Both the position numbers and the translations under genes were made by a program. The notes beneath the pieces were generated by a model. That model had not been told where the DNA came from, ran no database searches, and saw only the letters and a list, made by a program, of their open reading frames with translations. A stretch of DNA of 64,000 nucleotides from Phycisphaerae bacterium (GTDB lineage: Bacteria > Planctomycetota > Phycisphaerae > UBA1845): NCBI GenBank assembly GCA_963666835.2, contig CAXXGO010000001.1:480001-544000 (forward strand), read 5' to 3'. Below are positions 20,801 through 30,647 of this stretch, piece by piece; the stretch's first letter is position 1; each line of letters begins with the position of its first letter.

Positions 20801-20934
20801 GGTCACTCACCCGCCGCTTCGGTTGGTGGGGCTTGGCATATCTCGAAGCCGTCGTTCGGCTCGCCGACCAACAGGCCAGCGCAGGCGAAGAGATCGATCC
20901 CAGCAAACATCAGAACACGGAGGCCTTAGTATGA
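17818..20934 (+). CDS. cas3: Type I-G Cas3 helicase with C-terminal HD nuclease
   Basis: PTGSGKT Walker A, DEAH, QRFGRLNR; C-terminal LHDAGKADERFQ, RHE and AHHGH. Confidence 0.95.
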   Translation: MTPLTIDRFDDYFRALHSHAPYPWQQALAAQAVSGTWPSVIDLPTGSGKTACIDIAVFALACQAGRSASDWTAPRRIFFCVNRRVIVDEAHDRAARIARRISDSEERDSSAPDILRDVATALRAVAGTTPQNLSPPLDVLELRGGIYRDNRWARSLTQPTIVCTTVDQLGSRLLFRGYGVSPNAAPIQAALVAYDSLILLDEAHISRPFLQTLERVRRFLDPAKWAEQDLGIRPTTVVPMTATPPADLNEVFRMSPADRKNESLRRRLSASKPAELRQVKNVASSAVEAAGEAAADTPVTIGIIVNRITTARTIHRKLLEAQRPQGRSRPKIAPSAQIELVIGSMRPLDRDRQTERLRPLLGSARPEATAQTSIVVSTQCLEVGADYDFDVLITECASLDALRQRFGRLNRAGRGITAWALVLIDAKAVKPEDKLHDDKPLDPIYGNALVRTWNWLWENAATVDGTDERTIDFGIDTFSQLLAQAGMDGRIPLELLAPSAMLDAPVMLPAYVDLWGQTAPKPEPEPEVSLFIHGPQTAPPDMQVCWRADLVVEEGPSEPDHWCEVVALLPPTAAECMTVPLARVRNWLAGLIDSFHKQPDSSSDVLGETEHEQTTDVSRPNKAMPPAVLWRGPEHSVLLDSLQDLRPGDTLVLPTSAGGWNELGHIPAIGDEGAAGIDIAEQAFEQARNRTVLRLYATLTDRVPDTDAGRELLTRARDPDDRPTLAEWRTILRAAADFPEVDNRFRTALETLSDEHSGLLVERYPDNGGVVLTSRRRRIESGLRGLPALDDGDDCPSRTIQRSSVSLSEHTRNVLAELDNALQRLPADELRPALRLAAVLHDAGKADERFQAMLRRSDRTDAWLHTGTSTIMLAKSGGFPLGAGASAAARRRASLPNGFRHEMLSVQLAERHDLLSSDPVLRELALHVIAAHHGHARPFAPVVIDDDPPDVEVLLDRNSGGSATAADVGPLAISADDRRCRPAHRLDSGVAERFWSLTRRFGWWGLAYLEAVVRLADQQASAGEEIDPSKHQNTEALV

Positions 20935-21896
20935 TGACCGACTATACAAGTTCACCATCCTCACCTGCCGGCCTGCTCTTGCCGGGCCTCGACGGCAGCA
21001 ACCCGCTGGGCTTCCTCGCTGCCCTCGGCGTACTTCGTGTCATAGCTGGGGCACCTGGTACTCAGCATGCACGGATTAGCTGGACGCCTCACGGAGGCGT
21101 TTGGGTGCCGGCCATCTCCGCCTCGCCTGCGACGCTCGACGAAACAGCTCTCTTGGACATCCTGGAAGACAATCTAACGACAGATATAGCTGAGCATCCC
21201 GCGAGGCTCCTCGCCGCCCTGGCCGACGATGCCAAAGACGGCGACAGGGGACATCTCCAGGTCTTCTCGAATCTTCTCAAAGACGCAGATGCCGCGAATC
21301 GTGTCTCGATCGACTGGCTTGCTGCCATCGCGAGTGACGCGGCCTCCCCGGATGCCACCAACCAGCTTCAGACTTCCCGCCGAGACTACTTCTACGGCAA
21401 CCTGACCTCGGTGATGGCGGCTTGCACGCGGGAGCACCTCCACCGCGCGATCTTCCGCCAATGGGACTACGGTGACCCACTGCAGAATCAGTCGTTGCAC
21501 CTCGACCCCAGTGAAGATCGAAGGCACGCCCACCAATGGAACCAACCGTCCGGGGACCCGGAACGCAACCGTTCCGGCGGAATGTTGGGCGCGAACCGAA
21601 TGGCAATCGAGGCCATTCCCGTATTCACCTCCATACCGGAGGGCGAGAAGCTCCGCACAATCGGCTTCACCGGTACTCGTGCGGCTAACACGCGGTGGAC
21701 ATGGCCGGTCTGGTCGGTGCCGCTTGGCCTTCGAGCGGTGCAGTCTCTTCTGACTCTTCCTGACCTGCAGGCAGAGGTAGTAGACGAAAGGTGCTGGCGG
21801 AATCTTAGACAGCGAGGCGTGATGTCCGTATTCCGGTCTCGTCGCATCCTCGTGGGGAAGACGCCGAACTTCACGCCGGCGCAGTGTATTGGCTGA
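20931..21896 (+). CDS. Type I-G large-subunit-like protein (Cas8g2/Csb3-like)
   Basis: Overlaps the cas3 stop (ATGA); N-terminal LPGLDGSNPLGFLAALGVLR and later WTWPVW motifs; position in the operon. Confidence 0.75.
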   Translation: MMTDYTSSPSSPAGLLLPGLDGSNPLGFLAALGVLRVIAGAPGTQHARISWTPHGGVWVPAISASPATLDETALLDILEDNLTTDIAEHPARLLAALADDAKDGDRGHLQVFSNLLKDADAANRVSIDWLAAIASDAASPDATNQLQTSRRDYFYGNLTSVMAACTREHLHRAIFRQWDYGDPLQNQSLHLDPSEDRRHAHQWNQPSGDPERNRSGGMLGANRMAIEAIPVFTSIPEGEKLRTIGFTGTRAANTRWTWPVWSVPLGLRAVQSLLTLPDLQAEVVDERCWRNLRQRGVMSVFRSRRILVGKTPNFTPAQCIG

Positions 21897-22020
21897 TGGC
21901 CACCGCGTGAACTCGCTGGAACAACGGATGAACCGACTTTTCCATGTCAGTGCTCTTTGACAACCGAATAGGCGTGTACCGGGGCCGTGGGTCAACGACG
22001 GCTCCGACCGGAGGATCGGA

Positions 22021-23814
22021 ATGACCAATGCAAACGGCCCAGGCCAAGAACCTAACGCACGCGACCCGGTGTCGGCCAATCCAGCCAGCCCGGCGAACAC
22101 CAGCGATAGTGCGGACCTGCCTGATCTTCTACCCGTCCGCATGCTCAACGAGTACGTCTACTGCCCGCGCTTGTTCTACCTCGAATTCGTGCAAGGGCAG
22201 TGGGCGGACTCCGCCGACACGATCGAAGGCCGCCGGCGTCACAAACGCGTGGACCGCGAAACCGGCGAACTCCCACCGCCCGGTCCGAACCGCGAAGGCG
22301 AGACTCCCACAACGGACGGGGACGGCGATAGCACGCAGCACGCCAGATCCGTCCTGCTATCGTCTTCCGATGCGGGCCTGATCGCGCGAATCGATCTCGT
22401 CGAAGCCGATGGCCCTCGTGCCACTCCCGTTGACTACAAGCGCGGGGCCGTTCCGGATCATCTGCCCGAGCAAGCCTGGGACGCTGATCGGGTCCAGGTC
22501 GCCGCCCAGGCCCTAATTCTCCGTGACAACGGCTACGCCTGTGACGAGGGCGTGCTCTACTACTGTGCGAGTAAGACCCGCGTGGCCGTGCCGATCGACG
22601 AGCAGACCATAGCCTGGACGCGGTCAGCACGTGACGAAGCCCGGGCCGTAGCTACCGGCGGGCAAATCCCGCCTCCCCTTGTCGACAGCCCCAAGTGCCC
22701 CGGCTGCTCGCTTGTTGGCATATGCCTTCCCGATGAAGTCCACGCCCTGGCCGCGTTGGACTCCGGCCGGCAGCCGGGCGAGGTCCGCCGCCTCACCCCC
22801 GCCCGCGACGACCCCACCCCGGTCTACGTTCAGGCGCCCGGGGGTTCTGTGGGCAAGAGTGGCGACCAGCTCTACATCACGGCCAAGGGGCAACCGCGCA
22901 GGACCGTGCGTTTGCTGGACGTCGCCCAGCTCAACCTGTTCGGCAACATCCAGGTGTCGACCCAAGCGATCCGCGAGCTGGCCCAGCGGGGGATTCCCAT
23001 CTGTTACTTCAGCTTCGGCGGCTACTTCCAGGCAATCACTACCGGGCTTACCCACAAGAACGTGGAGCTTCGCATCCGTCAGTTCGAGACCGCCCGCAAC
23101 GAGCACAAGTCTCTGGCTCTGGCGCGGTCGTTCATTCTCGGCAAGATCCGCAATTGCCGTACCATGCTCCGAAGAAACTGCATCAAATCGCCGCGCGATG
23201 CCCTGCGAGACCTTCGGGACCTGCGTAAGCGCGTAGCTACCGCCGGCAGCGCGGCCACGTTGCTCGGCCTGGAGGGTAACGCGGCGCGGATCTACTTCCA
23301 GAACTTCGCGGCGATGCTGAAGACCCCGGCCGACAACATCCCCGGCTTCGACTTCGCCTCGCGCAACCGGCGCCCGCCGCGAGACCCGGTCAACGCGTTA
23401 CTATCGCTGGCGTACAGCATGCTCGCTCGGGAGGTCACGGTCGCGGCACTACGGGTAGGCTTCGATCCGTTCCTGGGTTTCTACCATCGACCGAAGTACG
23501 GGCGTCCTGCCCTGGCGCTCGACTTGACGGAGGAGTTCCGCCCGCTCATTGCGGACAGCGTCGTACTCCAGGTAATCAACACGGGTGAAGTGCAGACCGG
23601 CGACTTCGTGCATCGCGGCCCGGCTTGCAACCTCACGGCCGGTGGACGCAAGAAGTTCATCGACGCCTTCGAGCGTCGGTTGGACAGCCTCGTAACCCAC
23701 CCGTTGTTCGGGTACACGATCAGCTATCGCCGAATCGTCGAGGTCCAGGCCCGGCTGCTGGCGGCGTGCTTGGCGGGCGAGTTCTCAGACTACACCCCCT
23801 TTATGACCCGGTGA
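22021..23814 (+). CDS. cas1: Cas4-Cas1 fusion
   Basis: N-terminal Cas4 ([21 protein letters not shown]e-S cysteines); Cas1 motifs [37 protein letters not shown]. Confidence 0.95.
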   Translation: MTNANGPGQEPNARDPVSANPASPANTSDSADLPDLLPVRMLNEYVYCPRLFYLEFVQGQWADSADTIEGRRRHKRVDRETGELPPPGPNREGETPTTDGDGDSTQHARSVLLSSSDAGLIARIDLVEADGPRATPVDYKRGAVPDHLPEQAWDADRVQVAAQALILRDNGYACDEGVLYYCASKTRVAVPIDEQTIAWTRSARDEARAVATGGQIPPPLVDSPKCPGCSLVGICLPDEVHALAALDSGRQPGEVRRLTPARDDPTPVYVQAPGGSVGKSGDQLYITAKGQPRRTVRLLDVAQLNLFGNIQVSTQAIRELAQRGIPICYFSFGGYFQAITTGLTHKNVELRIRQFETARNEHKSLALARSFILGKIRNCRTMLRRNCIKSPRDALRDLRDLRKRVATAGSAATLLGLEGNAARIYFQNFAAMLKTPADNIPGFDFASRNRRPPRDPVNALLSLAYSMLAREVTVAALRVGFDPFLGFYHRPKYGRPALALDLTEEFRPLIADSVVLQVINTGEVQTGDFVHRGPACNLTAGGRKKFIDAFERRLDSLVTHPLFGYTISYRRIVEVQARLLAACLAGEFSDYTPFMTR

Positions 23815-23819
23815 ATCGC

Positions 23820-24113
23820 ATGCGCCACCGATACCTCGTGTGTTATGATGTTGCCAACGCCAAACGGCTGAGGCAGATCCACAAGAAGATGCTGGGGTTC
23901 GGAGACCCGATCCAGTACTCCGTCTTCAAGTGTGATCTATCCGCAGCGGAACACGCCCTGATGCGGGGCACGATTCAGGACGTTATTAACGCTCGGGACG
24001 ACCGTATTATGATCATCCGGATCGGCCCCGTTGACGATTCGTCGAGCAAGGCGGTAGAATTCATGGGTAAGCCGCTGGCCCCGTGGGAGCGGCAGCGAGC
24101 GATCGTGGTGTGA
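23820..24113 (+). CDS. cas2: CRISPR-associated endoribonuclease Cas2
   Basis: YLVCYDV ... RLRQIHK ... GDPIQYSVFKC. Confidence 0.95.
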   Translation: MRHRYLVCYDVANAKRLRQIHKKMLGFGDPIQYSVFKCDLSAAEHALMRGTIQDVINARDDRIMIIRIGPVDDSSSKAVEFMGKPLAPWERQRAIVV

Positions 24114-24347
24114 CCGATGGCACTCGATCCGTTGTTTATGGTCGGCGTTGATAGGTTTCGCCGTTCATGGTATTCGAGCGGGTAGGTGATGCGACAGACC
24201 CCGGACCCGCTCGAATGTGTAAGTTGGTGATTGGCAATATGTTACAACAGCACCCTGGAAACTCGGAGGATCCATACCCTCATTCGGACCAGTCGCTCGA
24301 AAAGTGCCCCGTAAACCGCGGTACCACAACGGCTTGTGGGTGCCGCG
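24114..24347 (+). promoter_or_regulatory. CRISPR leader
   Basis: Lies between cas2 and the first repeat; 11-bp inverted repeat TTCGAGCGGGT (24173-24183) / ACCCGCTCGAA (24205-24215) and a further CGCTCGAA at 24294. Confidence 0.75.
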
Positions 24348-26183
24348 ATCTCCACGACCCCCAGGTCGTGGCCCCATTGAAGCGCCACGGCCAACTACGG
24401 AACGGGCGCCGCTGACGGATCTCCACGACCCCCAGGTCGTGGCCCCATTGAAGCGTGCCTTCGGATTGCCCTGCTAGCGCTCAGTGCGTTATCTCCACGA
24501 CCCCCAGGTCGTGGCCCCATTGAAGCGATTTCTCCGCCAGCTTCCAGCCACCACACTGCGGATCTCCACGACCCCCAGGTCGTGGCCCCATTGAAGCCAG
24601 CGAGGGGCTGAGTTTCACGGAGTGGTCGGGTACGATCTCCACGACCCCCAGGTCGTGGCCCCATTGAAGCGCCTACCACGCCCGTCAATGACCTCCCCCC
24701 GCCAGATCTCCACGACCCCCAGGTCGTGGCCCCATTGAAGCAGCTCACATGCCCGACCGTCGTCCGGCCCGGCGAGCTATCTCCACGACCCCCAGGTCGT
24801 GGCCCCATTGAAGCTCAGCAGCCGCCCGAACCATCGCCCGGGCCCTGGATCTCCACGACCCCCAGGTCGTGGCCCCATTGAAGCACGACATCGTCAGCCC
24901 GATAGAGCTGAGCAAAGGGATCTCCACGACCCCCAGGTCGTGGCCCCATTGAAGCAGCACGAGCGATAGCGACGGCGCGGGGATCGCCCGTATCTCCACG
25001 ACCCCCAGGTCGTGGCCCCATTGAAGCATGCTGGCTGTGGTACACGTACAGGGGAGATACGCGGATCTCCACGACCCCCAGGTCGTGGCCCCATTGAAGC
25101 CTGGGTGTCCAAGTCATGAGCGCCGGAGACTCGGCCATCTCCACGACCCCCAGGTCGTGGCCCCATTGAAGCTACGCTCGATGGAAAGCGGACTCCGACA
25201 TGTACAGATCTCCACGACCCCCAGGTCGTGGCCCCATTGAAGCCACGAAGGGAAGGCGAGAGAATTATGATCGGTAACGAATCTCCACGACCCCCAGGTC
25301 GTGGCCCCATTGAAGCCCGACACCCTAAGCATAACACGTGACACAGCCCTGTATCTCCACGACCCCCAGGTCGTGGCCCCATTGAAGCGCTATGCCGTTG
25401 CGATGTCCCTCGACCCACTCGGCATCTCCACGACCCCCAGGTCGTGGCCCCATTGAAGCCGATACCCGGCGGGACATCGAAAAGCGTGAAGGGCGATCTC
25501 CACGACCCCCAGGTCGTGGCCCCATTGAAGCACGGTCTACGGCACAACGGTAGACGAGTTGCGGGCGATCTCCACGACCCCCAGGTCGTGGCCCCATTGA
25601 AGCTGGTCACCAGATGAGCATTGGCATCGGTGTGCAAAGATCTCCACGACCCCCAGGTCGTGGCCCCATTGAAGCCGAGCTGTGCCGAGAGCTGGCCAAT
25701 ACGCCGAGCAACATCTCCACGACCCCCAGGTCGTGGCCCCATTGAAGCACATATCCCCTGTAGATTCGTTTCGTTCGCCCCGGCTCATCTCCACGACCCC
25801 CAGGTCGTGGCCCCATTGAAGCATTCGCACGAACATCTTATTCAGCAATACGCGCGCCATCTCCACGACCCCCAGGTCGTGGCCCCATTGAAGCTACTCT
25901 CTATCCGGTTTCAAAGCCATTCCTATTCACATCTCCACGACCCCCAGGTCGTGGCCCCATTGAAGCGTGCAACAAGTGGCGACTTAGTGACGACCAGATC
26001 GCATCTCCACGACCCCCAGGTCGTGGCCCCATTGAAGCACAGAGTCGCGTCATGTGTTATGCTTGTGGTGTCGGCATCTCCACGACCCCCAGGTCGTGGC
26101 CCCATTGAAGCGTGGGCGAGTTGTATCGGTGCGTAATCGATAATGCTATCTCCACGACCCCCAGGTCGTGGCCTCATTGGATT
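24348..26183 (+). CRISPR. CRISPR array, 26 repeats (last degenerate) and 25 spacers of about 34-38 bp
   Basis: 36-bp repeat ATCTCCACGACCCCCAGGTCGTGGCCCCATTGAAGC with hairpin CCACGACC/GGTCGTGG; terminal copy at 26148 ends ...GGCCTCATTGGATT. Confidence 0.99.
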
Positions 26184-26664
26184 CTCGGGTTCGGTCCACG
26201 GCCACATCCTCGGGCTCCAGGCGGACCGCTGCACGTGCCCTGCCGGCCCATTGCGGCCTTTGAGAGCGTCGATGGTCCTCCGGGCCGAGATAGTCGCAGG
26301 ACGGGCGTCCTGACGCGTCTGAGGCGGGACAGAAGACAGAGTGTGGGGTCGAATAAAGGGCGGCAGACTACGGCGAGCAGACTCCGCCACCAGAGGGCCG
26401 AGCTTGCCGTGCGACTTCCACAAGCGGCCGCACGATCCGCCCGACGGCGAGGTTGGCGAACATATACGCTGCCCAATCGTGGCCGTGTCGTTTTCGGGGC
26501 GGGGTGGTTGCGAGAGTGTCGGAACAGGCGAAGCTCCTGGCGCCTAACGGCGCCCGTTCCGATCGGCCACCCCGACGCGCCGAGGATGGCCGGCGGAAAC
26601 CCCGGTCTCCCAGAGTTCCCGGCGCCCATGACATTGCCCGGTCGGACAGCGCCCTTCCCAGACT

Positions 26665-29600
26665 CTACGGGCAGTCCGCTGGGTCGGGAAACGGATACTC
26701 TCCGCCCTTGAAGGCGTCCACGCAACGCTGAACGTCGGTCATGTTCACGATTGCGTTCGGCACTTCAGGTTCGAGGTCCAGCCAAGTCACCGGTGGAGCA
26801 CCCGGAGCTGATGAGAACCCCTGAAGCATCGCCATGATGTCGCCCATATTGCCCACGCCGTTTGGTCCAGTCCACGCGCCCTCGACGAAGTCGCCGACAA
26901 CATCGCACCAGTACTTCGGGAATGGGTGCTCGATCGTGTGAAGCTCCAGGGCATCCGTACACGTCTCATGCGGGAAGCCGTCATCCACGGCACCGCGGAT
27001 TTCGTAGGTAGCAACCGGAACGATCTCGCAGTCCCCAACGTTGACCAGAACATCCGGCCACTCACGGAAGGTCGGGCTGGCCACGACTCGAGATATGAAC
27101 GTGTCGGTGGCCAGCTCTTCTGGATCACCGACCCAGCCTATGATCCCTGTTACACCGGGACCGCTGGTCATCTCCACTTGGTAGGCCGCCCGGAGGTCCA
27201 GAGTGTTCGGCCGAAACGAGATATACCGGTTCTTTCGGGCGTTCAACGGTGAGTCGGCTTCATCCGGCGCCTCGAGTTCGCACTCGTCGGGCACATCGTT
27301 CCCGTTCCAGTCCTGGCTTGTACCGTCGTCAATATCACACACGTCACCGACGTCGTTCGGCTGGCAGTCGAGCTGGCCGGGATTGTACAGGTGGCAGTTA
27401 TCGTCCGGATCACACGCATTATCAATATCCGGATCGGTAGCGTTCATGCCTTCGTCGTCACAATCCGGCGTGCCGCCGTTGGGGCAGTCGATTCCGTTGC
27501 CGGCATCCTGCCCCCAACCGTCGCCGTCAACGTCGGTACACGGATCGCAGGCATCGATTAATTCATCACTGTCCGTGTCTAACTCGCATTCATCCGGGGT
27601 GCCGTTGGTATCGCAATCCTGGCTGGCGCCCATGGCAATGTCGCATTCGTCGGGGATCAGATTGTCGTTGCAGTCGGCACTCGTTCCGCCGCCAATATCG
27701 CAGGAATCCTCGACAGCGTTTGCATTACAGTCTGCGACCAGCTGATGCGTGCATGTTCCGTCGGGGTTGCACGCCTCTGTCCCAGTGCACGGGTCAATAT
27801 CATCGCAATCGATGTCGTCCAGACAGTCAACGCACTGATCATCCGATTCACGGCACATCTGCTCGGGAAGGCACGGAGCAACATCTGCCACGCAAACACC
27901 AGCGGTGCATCTTTCAACACCGGTGCAGAACAGGCCGTCCTGGCACTCATCATCGATATCGCAGGAGTTGACGTACTCGTAGGCCCCCATATCAACGATC
28001 GGTGGTGTGCCGTTGCCGGTATCCGCAGTGATAGGATCGTCAATGAAACGAGGGCTCCCATCCAGGTCGAATGGAATCGGTTCGTCCGTATCACCGTCGT
28101 CGTCGAGATCGAGCGTATCGGTAGGCACAGCGGTGTTGTCGGCTGCGTCGATGCACGGGGAGCCGGACTGGACATGGTAGTCGGAGCTGCCCGCGAAGGA
28201 CGGATTCGCGTCGATGTTGCCGGCATTCCAATCCAATGTGCAGGTTGAACGCACTTCTGCTGCCGCCTGCCCATCTTGTACGTCACTATAACTCACAGTC
28301 AGCGTATTTGCCTGACCTAAGAGCCCTTTCATGGATATCTGGTCACCAAGTCCGGCGCTATTGCCCCAAACAACACAGTTCCTGACCTTCGGGTGGCCGC
28401 CCCACGAATAGATGCCACCCCCGCCATCCGAACCACTCCCTGCAACGGTGTTTCCGGCGATGGTGCAGTTGACGATTGTCGCGTTATCCATCGCGTATGT
28501 CCTGATGCCACCGCCACCGCCGTTGGTACCCACGCCGGTAACATTGTTGCCCGTGATCTCGCAGTTTACCAGCGTTACTATTCCATCATACGGACTTTGG
28601 TTGTACATTAGCACGCCACCGCCCCATTCGCTCGCGGTATTCCCGGAAATACGGCAATTCAGGACGACCGCTTCTCTTACTTGGTCAATACTCATGCCAC
28701 CGCCCGACATGGAAGCACTGTTGCCGGTGATAATGCAATCTGTAACGGCGTGATGTCCGTACAGCAACCGGATTCCGCCAGCAAACCGTGCCGTATTCCC
28801 AGTAATCGTAGAATCGGTGACGGTCAGATCGCTCCAGTGACTGTAGATTCCACCACCATTCCACGCGGCCCCATTTCCGCTAATAGTACAGCCGACGATT
28901 GTTGGCAGCGTGCCTGCGTTACGACAATGAACTCCACCACCAAAGTCGCCCTGGCAACGGCTAACCACACACCTATCGATGGTCGGGCTACTGCCGTTGC
29001 GGCAATATATGCCGCCACCGCCGGGGTCCGACACGCCCGTATCCGGGGCGTACCCGTTCTCGATGGTGATCCCGGCGAGCACCGAGTCCGCCCCCTCGCC
29101 CGAGTGGAAGTCGAAGCCCCTGTGCCTGCTCGACGAGCTGCCCTGGCAGTCTATTACCGTCGCGGCGACCACTATCGGATCGCTCGGGTCGGTGCTGCGG
29201 ACGGTGATTGCCTTCCCGCCGAAGTCTAGGTCGCGGTTGCCGTCTCCAGTATACGTGCCTTCGCACAGGACCACCTCGTCACCATGTGACGCGGCATCGA
29301 TCCCGCCCTGGATGGTGAGGTAGTCTCCGTTCCCATCCCAGCAGACCGTGACCAAAGCGCCACCCCCGGGAACGACTTCAACGATGCCCTGGTGGGGAAC
29401 GCCCCAGCCGTCGTTCGGCACGTCGTTCCACCCGTTATGATCCCATTCCGCGTAGTTTTCCGTTCCACCGCCACTCGGCTCACCGGGCAACCAATCTGTG
29501 TACGTTACCGATTCGCCACTTATCCAAACCCAGTTGCCCTCGTGGCCTGCATCCGTAAACCCGATCCACCTGTGTGCTGCAGAACCGAGTTCGGTGGTAT

Positions 29601-29811
29601 AAAGCCAGTCGTCCTCTGCGGCGTCGTTGATTGTGACCAAGTGGCCGCCGAGGCTTACCGCTTCCGCCTCTGCAGCGGTCCACGTGGACGCCTCCAGCAA
29701 GTAGTAGTCGTGCCCGTTTGCCGGGTTGGTGATCGGCCCCAAGATCGGCACCGCCGAGGCCAGGTTGCTTGCCAAGACAAACGAGACGATCGCTGTGCAG
29801 GAAGTGCGCAT
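26665..29811 (-). CDS. Secreted protein: C-type lectin domain, parallel beta-helix (pectin-lyase-like) repeats, Cys/Asp Ca-binding repeats, dockerin-like C-terminal module
   Basis: Signal peptide; TWTAAEAEAVSLGGHLVTI...WIGFTD...WND lectin motifs; GNxAxxGGGI repeats; VDMGAYE; KNRYISF...FKGGEYPFPDPADCP tail. Confidence 0.85.
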   Translation of the reverse strand: MRTSCTAIVSFVLASNLASAVPILGPITNPANGHDYYLLEASTWTAAEAEAVSLGGHLVTINDAAEDDWLYTTELGSAAHRWIGFTDAGHEGNWVWISGESVTYTDWLPGEPSGGGTENYAEWDHNGWNDVPNDGWGVPHQGIVEVVPGGGALVTVCWDGNGDYLTIQGGIDAASHGDEVVLCEGTYTGDGNRDLDFGGKAITVRSTDPSDPIVVAATVIDCQGSSSSRHRGFDFHSGEGADSVLAGITIENGYAPDTGVSDPGGGGIYCRNGSSPTIDRCVVSRCQGDFGGGVHCRNAGTLPTIVGCTISGNGAAWNGGGIYSHWSDLTVTDSTITGNTARFAGGIRLLYGHHAVTDCIITGNSASMSGGGMSIDQVREAVVLNCRISGNTASEWGGGVLMYNQSPYDGIVTLVNCEITGNNVTGVGTNGGGGGIRTYAMDNATIVNCTIAGNTVAGSGSDGGGGIYSWGGHPKVRNCVVWGNSAGLGDQISMKGLLGQANTLTVSYSDVQDGQAAAEVRSTCTLDWNAGNIDANPSFAGSSDYHVQSGSPCIDAADNTAVPTDTLDLDDDGDTDEPIPFDLDGSPRFIDDPITADTGNGTPPIVDMGAYEYVNSCDIDDECQDGLFCTGVERCTAGVCVADVAPCLPEQMCRESDDQCVDCLDDIDCDDIDPCTGTEACNPDGTCTHQLVADCNANAVEDSCDIGGGTSADCNDNLIPDECDIAMGASQDCDTNGTPDECELDTDSDELIDACDPCTDVDGDGWGQDAGNGIDCPNGGTPDCDDEGMNATDPDIDNACDPDDNCHLYNPGQLDCQPNDVGDVCDIDDGTSQDWNGNDVPDECELEAPDEADSPLNARKNRYISFRPNTLDLRAAYQVEMTSGPGVTGIIGWVGDPEELATDTFISRVVASPTFREWPDVLVNVGDCEIVPVATYEIRGAVDDGFPHETCTDALELHTIEHPFPKYWCDVVGDFVEGAWTGPNGVGNMGDIMAMLQGFSSAPGAPPVTWLDLEPEVPNAIVNMTDVQRCVDAFKGGEYPFPDPADCP

Positions 29812-29923
29812 TGCTTTTTCTCCCAAAATCGCGCCACGACCGCACGAAGCTAACTGTTGCCCTCGTGGACGGGGCGGCAACGGGTTCCTTATCGTCAAGA
29901 TCGGTCGATCGCGGCCAAGTGGA

Positions 29924-30125
29924 CCCTAACGTTGCATAATTCGAGTCGATTCGTCTGGTTCGGAGCCTTGAAAACCGGTGTTTCCGCAATCCGATCGCCC
30001 GGCCAGCCAACTTCACGCAAGGCGAGGTTTGCCAACACCAGCTGGCGGTCAGCAAACGAATGCGATTCGCCGGGAGATTCTGCCATTCTAACGAATCGAA
30101 GCCTCAGGTTTATGCAACGTTAGGG
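29924..30125. mobile_element. 202-bp MITE / internally deleted IS, possibly IS1380-family derived
   Basis: Perfect 16-bp terminal inverted repeats CCCTAACGTTGCATAA / TTATGCAACGTTAGGG, inner TCGATTCGT/ACGAATCGA match, flanking 4-bp direct repeat TGGA (29920-29923, 30126-30129). Confidence 0.8.
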
Positions 30126-30647
30126 TGGATTGTCTCACGGCTGTCCGTGGTCTCTCGGGTAAGCTCCGATCGAGGATGCCATACGCACGCCAGAGAGACA
30201 TATGGCGGTTTCGGGGGCATGGATGACCCACCGGGCCGAGATCGTCGCAGGACGGGCGTTCTGGGGCGCCTGCAGCAGGGCAGGAGGCGAGATCTCGCCA
30301 GGTCGGCGATAGGCGGATGAACAAGGCGAACCGCTCGTGGCCGCGCGTTTGTGGAGGTTGTTCATCGCGATCACGAAGAGCGAGGAGGCCTCGTGGGGCC
30401 GAACAACGGGTGTCGGAGTGCGGCAGCGGCGCTCCCCCATTGTCTGTTGCCTGTTCCGCTGCGTCTCGGGGCGCTCGTTCCGTCCGCGCATCGGCGCGGT
30501 TGGTCGGCGGGACGCGATGCTCGGCCCGTCTCTCCTTCCGGTGTACGGGTTGCTCGACAGGCAACGGCACTTTACCCTGTGAACGGCCATAGAATCAACT
30601 AATCTGGTCCAAGCGTCGGAGTTCTGGTCTCTTGGAGGAGAACGAAA

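Noticed and set aside
24384..26147. Self-targeting spacers within the window
   Set aside because: No convincing match seen by eye; a BLASTn-short search is needed to exclude it.
26222..26257. Possible 27th, highly degenerate CRISPR repeat ending GGCCCATTGCGGC at roughly the expected spacing
   Set aside because: Only the last ~12 nt resemble the repeat, there is no hairpin, and the segment overlaps the dispersed repeat also seen near 30200.
24165..26423. Multiple ORFs with repeated peptides (MGPRPGGRGD, LQWGHDLGVVE)
   Set aside because: These are translations of the CRISPR repeats, not genes.
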